In this document: positions 25,124 to 32,000 of the stretch, piece by piece | Layout: every line of letters begins with the position of its first letter | How positions within the stretch are numbered: the stretch's first letter is position 1 | The notes under the pieces: generated by a model | What the model saw: the letters and a program-made list of their open reading frames with translations, nothing else | Databases searched by the model: none | What the model was told of the DNA's origin: nothing | Source: Candidatus Heimdallarchaeota archaeon | GTDB taxonomy: Archaea > Asgardarchaeota > Heimdallarchaeia > Heimdallarchaeales > Kariarchaeaceae | Length of the DNA: 32,000 nt | Assembly: GCA_030149205.1 (NCBI GenBank) | Contig: JASBSB010000003.1 | Location: forward strand, 180,001 to 212,000 | Direction of reading: 5' to 3' | Made by a program: the position numbers and the translations under genes

Positions 25124-26110
25124 ATGAAAATTTTAAGAATTACAGCGTTTTTTGTCATTTTCATGTTCATGGTGAGCTCCTTGGGTGGTGCTTTCGCCTT
25201 CTATAATGGCCCTCAGGCTGAGATTATGAAAGGCAAACCGGGTAGTGGTGGATCTTCCCCACCCCAAACCATCCCATGGGGTATCTCTCGTGTAAATGGA
25301 GATACAGCTCAAGGACTTGTTGATGAATCAGGAGTTAAAGTTGCAATACTTGACACCGGTTTAGATTTTGCTCATGAAGACCTTCAGGGATTATTTGCAT
25401 GGGGAATGAGCTTTTACAAAGGAAATAGACAGATTTCAGCAACAGAATGTACAACAACATCCTTTTCAGCATGTAAAGATGGACATGGACATGGAACACA
25501 TGTTGCCGGAACAGTTGCAGCTCAGGACAACGCAGTAGGTGTACTTGGAATTGCTCCACAGGTTTCACTTTATGTGTTTAAAGTGCTTTCAGATAGAGGA
25601 TCAGGTTCATACTCTGCAATTGCAAACGGAATTATTTCAGCTACTAACGGACCAGATGGAATTCCTGGAACAGCCGATGATGCAGATGTCATCTCAATGT
25701 CATTAGGTGGCCCATCAGGTACAGTTGAACTAGAAAATGCAGTTAATTATGCATTAAACAATGGAGTAGTTATAGTAGCAGCAACCGGAAATGATGGAGC
25801 ATCAACACCAAGCTACCCTGCAGCCTACCCAGGAGTTATGAAAGTTGGAGCAATTGATTCGAACAACAATATAGCATCATTCTCAAATCGAGGAGAGGAT
25901 GTATTTGCACCGGGTGTGAGTGTTTTATCCACTCTCCCAGGAAATACCTATGATAGTTGGTCGGGAACCTCAATGGCAACTCCACATGTTTCTGGGGTTG
26001 TTGCATTAGCAATCGCAGCACACCCAACGTTTACAAACACACAGATCTTCAATTTGGTTGTTAGTTCAGTTGATACATTCAAGGTTGTAGATGCTTCTAA
26101 AGTCATCTAA
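25124..26110 (+). CDS. Secreted subtilisin-like (S8A) serine protease
   Basis: Triad motifs ILDTG, HGTHVAG and GTSMATPHVSG; oxyanion AATGN; signal peptide; GAGG SD-like element before ATG 25124. Confidence 0.95.
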   Translation: MKILRITAFFVIFMFMVSSLGGAFAFYNGPQAEIMKGKPGSGGSSPPQTIPWGISRVNGDTAQGLVDESGVKVAILDTGLDFAHEDLQGLFAWGMSFYKGNRQISATECTTTSFSACKDGHGHGTHVAGTVAAQDNAVGVLGIAPQVSLYVFKVLSDRGSGSYSAIANGIISATNGPDGIPGTADDADVISMSLGGPSGTVELENAVNYALNNGVVIVAATGNDGASTPSYPAAYPGVMKVGAIDSNNNIASFSNRGEDVFAPGVSVLSTLPGNTYDSWSGTSMATPHVSGVVALAIAAHPTFTNTQIFNLVVSSVDTFKVVDASKVI

Positions 26111-26177
26111 ATACTTAATACTATTTTAATCTTAAACTAAATCTAATTTTAGCCTAGTTTTGAATTATCCTATGATT

Positions 26178-27002
26178 TTAAATTTCAATGATCGTTTCTT
26201 GAGGAATTGATTCTGAATTAAGTGTCTTTAGCAGAGTGTCTGGAATAGTCAAGTCTATAATTTTTACATGTTTTGAGAAATTAAGAATCTCGCGAATATT
26301 CTCAAATTTACCCTTCATACCACCTGTTACATCACTTACTGTGATATTTGCTAGATCAAAATTCATCTTAATTTCTCCTAATTTTATATTTGGGATATGT
26401 TGAGCATTGGTGGTTGTTTTAGGATCAGAGGTATATATGCCCCCAACATCTGTTCCAAATATAACTTCTGATATATCATAACCTGACTCAGATAGATATT
26501 CACATAATAATTTGATAATCGTATCTCCCGATAAAATTGTGAACCCTAACTTATCAGACATTATAATATCTCCATAAAACACTGGAATTAACCTTCTATT
26601 CAAGGATTTGATAAGATTGATAGGATCAAAATGGAATGATAAATCATCTTTTTGATAGATTGATGAAAATGGAGGAAAAGAAACTAATTCTAGATTATTA
26701 TTTTCACCTGTTTTAATTATAAAATTATGGAGCTCTAATAATTTAAGGCGTAATTTAGTTACAATATGAGGTTTAAGTTCTGGCGATGTACTAGGCATAC
26801 CATTAACCATATCATACTTTTTTGCAATTGGATGTCCAAAGGAACCTGCTCCATGAACAATTACAAATTGTTTCTTACTTTTTACTGAAGAGAGTTCATT
26901 AAGTATTCTATCAATTGCTTGTGAGTTTAGCCTTCCAGAATCATCATTTTTATGTGTAATAACGGATCCCCCCAATTTAATTATTACAATCTCATTTTTC
27001 AA
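26178..27002 (-). CDS. ipk: Isopentenyl phosphate kinase
   Basis: IIKLGGSVITHK, VHGAGSFGH, SGDTI, DVGGIY, DVTGGMKGK; lies downstream of mvk. Confidence 0.9.
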   Translation of the reverse strand: MKNEIVIIKLGGSVITHKNDDSGRLNSQAIDRILNELSSVKSKKQFVIVHGAGSFGHPIAKKYDMVNGMPSTSPELKPHIVTKLRLKLLELHNFIIKTGENNNLELVSFPPFSSIYQKDDLSFHFDPINLIKSLNRRLIPVFYGDIIMSDKLGFTILSGDTIIKLLCEYLSESGYDISEVIFGTDVGGIYTSDPKTTTNAQHIPNIKLGEIKMNFDLANITVSDVTGGMKGKFENIREILNFSKHVKIIDLTIPDTLLKTLNSESIPQETIIEI

Positions 27003-27987
27003 ATTTCACACCTACAGTGGTAACTTCTGTGATAAAGCATTCAACATTATGCCTTTGTAGACTAGAGGCTATGGAATCCAGTTGATTAGTATCCTTCCCC
27101 AAAATTAGTAATGAGCCTCCTCCACCTGCTCCAGTAAGCTTTCCTCCAAGAGAACCAAGTTTCTTAGCTTCACTAAGAATTAAATTAATTTTTGGATGAC
27201 CAACACCCAAAGATTCTAGAGCTCCTTGGTTTATCTCAAAAAGGTTGCCAAGTTTAATGAGGTTTTTCAACCGGATATTTTCACCTATCTCTTCAGTGAT
27301 TTCTTCCATCCAATTCAACAATTTATTCATTAGATCAGGAAAAGCATCTATTCGTTCTCTGACCGCAGTGACTAAAGATTTTGTATCTCTTTCAACCAAC
27401 GTGTTACAAATTAAAAGAGGTACTTCAAAACTCCTATCAATTGGTTGTGGTCGACCTTCTTTAAATAATATATATCCTCCAACTGTTGAGGTTGAATTAT
27501 CTATTCCAGAGGGTGTTCCATGAGCAATTAGTTCGCCTTCAAAGGCAATTTTGGATATAGTATCCTTATTTAGTTGAACTTCATAGAGGTCAAAACACGC
27601 ACCAACAGTTGCCACGCTTACTGCGGCACTACTCCCCAAACCTGATGAGATTGGTATTTCACTTCTTACTGATATCTCAAAGAGGTTTTTAGGTAATACA
27701 GAATTAATATATCTCAGAGCAACATAAGCAGAGTAAGCAATATTATCTAATTTTTTATTTTTAGGGGTTATAGTCAAAGCCTCAAGCTCATTATAATTAT
27801 AATTTGATTTCTCATTCAGTTGAGGTGCGATAACAGAAATTCCAAAACTGGCTGATTCTAAAGCTGTGATCTCTACATAAGCTCTTAAATTTATTGTCGC
27901 GGCGATGGCAGGTTTGTGATAAACAACACTATGTTCCCCAGAGATTATAACTTTTGCTGGAGCTGAAGCTTTACCCTGTAATCTCAC
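26992..27987 (-). CDS. mvk: Mevalonate kinase
   Basis: SAPAKVIISGEHSVVY, PISSGLGSSAA (GHMP motif), HGTPSGID, KLTGAGGGG. Confidence 0.95.
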   Translation of the reverse strand: MRLQGKASAPAKVIISGEHSVVYHKPAIAATINLRAYVEITALESASFGISVIAPQLNEKSNYNYNELEALTITPKNKKLDNIAYSAYVALRYINSVLPKNLFEISVRSEIPISSGLGSSAAVSVATVGACFDLYEVQLNKDTISKIAFEGELIAHGTPSGIDNSTSTVGGYILFKEGRPQPIDRSFEVPLLICNTLVERDTKSLVTAVRERIDAFPDLMNKLLNWMEEITEEIGENIRLKNLIKLGNLFEINQGALESLGVGHPKINLILSEAKKLGSLGGKLTGAGGGGSLLILGKDTNQLDSIASSLQRHNVECFITEVTTVGVKFEK

Positions 27988-28056
27988 AGTTTGACCTCTA
28001 TGTTGGTTTATAAAAATCTCAGGATTCTTACGTTTATTCTTTTTAAAAGTAATTTA

Positions 28057-28707
28057 CTAATTTAGATTTCGCATCAATTTAAATGCAAAATCATCAATGG
28101 TTAAACCTAGATCCTCGTTTTCCGCTATATCTCCTCTTTCTCTAAGGATCTGTTGAGCTAACAAGAGATATATTCTTGCCAAAGCTCGTCGACCTTTATT
28201 GTTTGCAGGGATTACTAGATCAACGTTTGAGGTTGAGTTATCTGAATCACAGAGTGCGACAACTGGAATGTTCATTCTTGTAGCTTCATCTAAAGCTTGA
28301 CTATCAGATCTTGGATCGTTCAAGAACACAATCTTTGGCTCATGAAAATATTTACTCTCGGGATTGGTAAAACTTCCTGGAATAAACCTACCTGGTAAAG
28401 ATTTAAAATTGCACAATCTTGCAAGTTTGCTTGCTGGTACTGTCCCATATTGTCTCTGAGAGACCACGACCACTTCATCAGGGTCATAAGAGGACAGAAG
28501 TTTAGCAGCGAGCCTAATCCGTTCATCTGTTTGCTTAATATCTAACACGTACAGTCCATCATTTCTGACCCTGTAAACGAATGGTTCCATAAGTGAAGTA
28601 GCCACAGTAGTCCCTATATGGACTCCTGAAGTTAAATAATCATCCAAAGGAACTAACAAATCTGCCTCGTCAATTTCACCTTCGAATAAGTCTTGGTCTG
28701 TTGACAT
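28057..28707 (-). CDS. rps2: 30S ribosomal protein uS2 (archaeal)
   Basis: YLTSGVHIGT, GRFIPGSFTNP, DPRSDSQA, CDSDN, DLVIPANNKGRRALA. Confidence 0.97.
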   Translation of the reverse strand: MSTDQDLFEGEIDEADLLVPLDDYLTSGVHIGTTVATSLMEPFVYRVRNDGLYVLDIKQTDERIRLAAKLLSSYDPDEVVVVSQRQYGTVPASKLARLCNFKSLPGRFIPGSFTNPESKYFHEPKIVFLNDPRSDSQALDEATRMNIPVVALCDSDNSTSNVDLVIPANNKGRRALARIYLLLAQQILRERGDIAENEDLGLTIDDFAFKLMRNLN

Positions 28708-28799
28708 AGTATTTCTATTCGTTCATGAAATTTTCTTATTTTAATGAGTTTAGTTGTGTTCGCACATTATATAATTTTAGAAAAACCAATAACTTTCAA

Positions 28800-29294
28800 T
28801 TATTTACCTAAATATGACCTCTCAGAAGCTGCTGATGACCAGAAATATTCACCCACCTTAAGCTTTAACTTAGAAAGGTTGTTGTAGTTCTGAGGTAAGG
28901 CTTTAACCAATCTATCGAGAAGGTAACCAGATATATATTCTACAGTGGTATTTTCAATAGGAAGTAATATAACACTAGAAGAAGGGAACTCATAAAACTT
29001 GGTGGAATGGGTACATTTTATAGACTGGTCAGAAATCTTTAGGTTCAATCTTGGGTTCTTTGTTGGGATGAATGTCTTCAGATTAAATTCTAATTCCCAA
29101 GCTTTGAAAATTGGTTTGAGATCAAGAAAGTCCACAAGGACATCATACCCCTCCAAAGGATCACCATAAATTTCAACAGAAATTTTGTAGCTGTGACCAT
29201 GAATCGGTTCCACCAAATGATCTGATACTACAAAATGACCACAATTTAACTGAAGGTCTTCTCTGAAATATTCTAAACTTTTACTCATTTTCAT
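28800..29294 (-). CDS. 6-pyruvoyl-tetrahydropterin synthase family (COG0720) protein with a PTPS-III-type motif
   Basis: HFVV...EPIHGHSY...VDF...TTVEY (T-fold); E-x2-H-G-H motif. Confidence 0.85.
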   Translation of the reverse strand: MKMSKSLEYFREDLQLNCGHFVVSDHLVEPIHGHSYKISVEIYGDPLEGYDVLVDFLDLKPIFKAWELEFNLKTFIPTKNPRLNLKISDQSIKCTHSTKFYEFPSSSVILLPIENTTVEYISGYLLDRLVKALPQNYNNLSKLKLKVGEYFWSSAASERSYLGK

Positions 29295-29875
29295 CCTATT
29301 TTCAAGTGTCCACTCTGAAGCATATTTATTATAGTCAAACCGAGTGTGTCAAAGGCTTCCTCAACATTTAACCCCTCTTTTGCACTTGTATCAAGATACT
29401 GCACCTCAAATCCATACTTCATTGTTTTATCTGAAAGTTGCTGTGCATAATCCTCTGCTTGTGCTGTAGACACACAATGTTGGTTTCTTAAGTCTGATTT
29501 GTTTCCGAGTAGGGTAATAGGAATCACACCCCTTCCGTTGTTTCTCCAGAGTTCATTAATCCAGTTGGTAATATTGATAAAACTCTCTGGTCGGGTCACA
29601 TCAAACACACATAAAGCACCCATACTTCCTCTAAAGAATCTTGCTCTAATTGATTGAAATGACTCTTGGCCAGCCATATCCCAGATCTGAAAGGTAGTTT
29701 TATATCCTGAGATTTGTTTTTCATAGGAAGCAAAATCTGCACCTATGGTCATCATATGTTCACTTCTAAACCCTCTACCCATGAATCTTTCTCTCAAACT
29801 CGTCTTACCTACAGCCCCATCTCCCAGAAGGCTAATTTTTAAAAAATAATTTTTCCGTGATTCTTTTCCACTCAT
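29291..29875 (-). CDS. Rab-like Ras-superfamily small GTPase
   Basis: G1 GDGAVGKT, G2 TIGADF, G3 WDMAGQE, G4 GNKSD, G5 TSAK; no C-terminal cysteine prenylation motif. Confidence 0.95.
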   Translation of the reverse strand: MSGKESRKNYFLKISLLGDGAVGKTSLRERFMGRGFRSEHMMTIGADFASYEKQISGYKTTFQIWDMAGQESFQSIRARFFRGSMGALCVFDVTRPESFINITNWINELWRNNGRGVIPITLLGNKSDLRNQHCVSTAQAEDYAQQLSDKTMKYGFEVQYLDTSAKEGLNVEEAFDTLGLTIINMLQSGHLKIG

Positions 29876-29956
29876 TTCTGACCGACTTTAATTCAAGGTA
29901 ATTTTAATTATTCGAATTGAGTCAAGAATTAAAATTTTTTTCCAATATTTTATATT

Positions 29957-30745
29957 CTAATTTTCGAGTTTCAAAAAATTTGGCAATGAAATCTCTATCC
30001 CTGGTGCGAATTTATCTGCTACAGTAAAGAGTTTCTTTGTTAAATTTAACTCAGAGAGAATGTCTCTTGCAATAGAAAGTTTAATTCGTTTCTTATCTAA
30101 ATATTGTTCAGAAAGAATTTTGGATTGTGTTGAATATATGCCAACCTCTCCTTGTAGCTCAAACCCTAGTAATAAAGTTGATATTTGATTCTGGATAGCA
30201 AAGCAAGCAGCCCTGTCTCCATCGGTAAATCCTAAGGTATTGATAAAACCAAAATGTGGTATTCCCTGTGTACACCAATATATATTTTTTCTGAATTGAT
30301 TTAAAGAAATTAAAGGAATAAAGGATTCGACTAAGGAAAGATTATCAGAGTGAATTAACACGAATATTGTTGTCCCTGAGTTTAGTGCATTGAGTACCAT
30401 TTCAAGACCGCCATCTAAATCTGTGAAAAGAAACTCAGGAATTAAACCACTTTCAAAAAGATACGAATAAGACCCATCTGCTGCAATAAACAAAGGAGTT
30501 TTAGAAGATGGAACAGTCTTAAGTTGTTCCTTTAGTTCTATAACTTGTTCTTTTAAAATATTTGCTCCACCAAATACTATTACCTTTTTGTTTTTTGGTA
30601 AGAATACGGAAAGTCGATCTTGTACCCCCATTTGGAACGTAGTAAGATTCTTATAATCAGCCAAGTATGCTAAATCATCAAAAATATCTAATTTTTGAAA
30701 AATCAAAGGAAGCCAAGTCTTTACCCAGTATTCTAAGGTTAGCAC
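29957..30745 (-). CDS. mptE: 6-hydroxymethyl-7,8-dihydropterin pyrophosphokinase, archaeal MptE-like
   Basis: IAADGS, FTDLDG, IHSDN, GFTDGDRA and LLGF motifs. Confidence 0.8.
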   Translation of the reverse strand: MLTLEYWVKTWLPLIFQKLDIFDDLAYLADYKNLTTFQMGVQDRLSVFLPKNKKVIVFGGANILKEQVIELKEQLKTVPSSKTPLFIAADGSYSYLFESGLIPEFLFTDLDGGLEMVLNALNSGTTIFVLIHSDNLSLVESFIPLISLNQFRKNIYWCTQGIPHFGFINTLGFTDGDRAACFAIQNQISTLLLGFELQGEVGIYSTQSKILSEQYLDKKRIKLSIARDILSELNLTKKLFTVADKFAPGIEISLPNFLKLEN

Positions 30746-30876
30746 TGATGTGAACAGATTTTACAGGAATTTATAATTAGTCATAAAGGAACACCTCTTT
30801 CGATATATGAAGATTATTTCAAAAACACATGAATAAGAGCCATATTATTTTATATTTAGCTGATACATAAAGAAAC

Positions 30877-31296
30877 GTGCTTTCTCAGAATCAACAACTC
30901 CTTCTTCAGGTCCTTCAGGACAAGACAAGGATGAGAATTCTCGAACTTCTTTCTGATAATCCACAACATCCTGAAATTCTAGTTAAGGAGACAAAAATTT
31001 CAAGAACTGCAATTGAGAAACACTTGAAGTTGTTACTTAAATGGGGATTAATTGAGAGGAGGGCTCAAACAGTTCCTCGACTACGGTATATCTATTCAAT
31101 TACATACGAAGCAGAGTTACTGGTTTCTAATATTTCTACAGCTACAGATTCTTATATCGAGAATATGGTAACCATCTGGGAGGAGGAATTATCCAGATTA
31201 GATCAGTCTTTTGTTTATGGACATATTTCAAAAGAAGAATACAAAAAGCTCAAGGAGGATTACGAGAGTAGGTTATCAGAAATCAATGAAGAATAG
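30877..31296 (+). CDS. ArsR-family winged-HTH regulator with a SHOCT-like C-terminus
   Basis: LQDKTRMRILELL...SRTAIEKHLKLLLKWGLI; C-terminal GHISKEEYKKLKEDY. Confidence 0.85.
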   Translation: MLSQNQQLLLQVLQDKTRMRILELLSDNPQHPEILVKETKISRTAIEKHLKLLLKWGLIERRAQTVPRLRYIYSITYEAELLVSNISTATDSYIENMVTIWEEELSRLDQSFVYGHISKEEYKKLKEDYESRLSEINEE

Positions 31297-31360
31297 TATT
31301 TCTTATCAGAAGTACATCTTATCATACCTAGAAATTGATCTAAATAAACTTTCAAAGCTG

Positions 31361-32000
31361 TTAATTATGATTCCTTAAATATCTTATCTTGCGATTAAAC
31401 ACCAGGACAACAAACGTTATTAAAATTATAAATCCTGCAAAGGGTATCGATTGAGTGGAAGTTGATTGAATAGGAGGGAGAGTGGATGGGTTATTGTTTT
31501 GGATACTAATTTGAACACTATAAGAATGTTGAAAGACACCATCTGTAAGTATAAGTTTCAGGGTATACTGACCATTTGAATAAAGAGTTGAATCAAACAA
31601 AATAAAGTTATTTGTTGAACTAAAGCCTACAATAACTGATAATGACCCATTGTTCAATAATACTGTCCCGGATACCCTGGTATCAGCACTCCATGATACA
31701 TTGTAGTTTCCAGATATTACATCCTGATTCTTTGGAGATAACATTTGGGATGAAAAATCTAAATGGTTATTGAACGTTGCATTAAAGGATTGTGTGAATA
31801 AAATTGGGAAATTCATCCCTTGAGTAACCTCTAGTCCAAAGTTGCCATTGGGGAAAAGGCTTGTGTTAAACCCTAAAGCTGTACCTACATTGGTAAATTG
31901 AGGGCCACTAATCGTATTAATTGTAATATTGAAAGGAAGAATAGCATTGTTGTAGGCTCCATTCACATAATCAATATATAGAATGTATTCACCGCTCTGA
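31361..32000 (-). CDS. C-terminal part of a membrane-anchored cell-surface protein (5'-truncated by the window edge)
   Basis: The frame stays open from 31966 to the edge (...QSGEYILYIDYVNGAY). Ig-like SPKNQDVISGNYNVSW...NGQYTLKLILTDG, then an S/T linker, TM helix and basic tail. Confidence 0.8.
   Translation of the reverse strand, partial: QSGEYILYIDYVNGAYNNAILPFNITINTISGPQFTNVGTALGFNTSLFPNGNFGLEVTQGMNFPILFTQSFNATFNNHLDFSSQMLSPKNQDVISGNYNVSWSADTRVSGTVLLNNGSLSVIVGFSSTNNFILFDSTLYSNGQYTLKLILTDGVFQHSYSVQISIQNNNPSTLPPIQSTSTQSIPFAGFIILITFVVLVFNRKIRYLRNHN

Noticed and set aside
11617-28526. Remaining short ORFs nested in or antisense to larger genes (e.g. 11617, 12699, 14122, 18447, 18946, 21684, 25335, 25836, 27245, 28320)
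   Set aside because: They overlap conserved genes. Their recurrence in both repeat copies reflects the duplication, not selection.
29291-29875. Rab gene as eukaryotic contamination
   Set aside because: No introns or prenylation motif, and it overlaps an archaeal-type operon gene via ATGA.
1-32000. tRNA, rRNA or CRISPR array
   Set aside because: No T-loop/cloverleaf signature or regularly spaced repeats were seen by eye. Small ncRNAs in 15614-16073 or 24815-25100 cannot be excluded without a covariance-model search.

Overview
AT-rich archaeal window, most likely from an Asgard archaeon. This is inferred from archaeal eL8/eS28/eL24/uS2/Rpo10, RtcB, mevalonate kinase plus isopentenyl-phosphate kinase, and a Rab-like small GTPase. 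Nearly all genes are on the minus strand. The main result is a gene missing from the supplied ORF track because it runs off the left edge: a >1514-aa type I polyketide/fatty-acid megasynthase (4544..<1). I translated it by hand; it has a PfaA-like KS, an AT and a second, FabF-like KS, with all catalytic residues present. It lies directly downstream of a three-subunit biotin-dependent acyl-CoA carboxylase and an atypical KAS-III-like enzyme, forming a candidate fatty-acid/polyketide lipid system in an archaeon. The window also holds rtcB and a ~2.4-kb tandem duplication of an apparently circularly permuted family-5 ABC binding protein, which left a decayed rtcB 5' fragment at the junction. Further right are Dpp-type permeases, a third permuted binding protein, a ribosomal-protein/rpoN run, a subtilisin lacking most of its propeptide, ipk-mvk-rps2, a PTPS-III / Rab-like GTPase / MptE run, an ArsR regulator and a truncated surface protein. 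No tRNA, rRNA, CRISPR array or transposase was recognised. Everything was done by eye, with no database searches.
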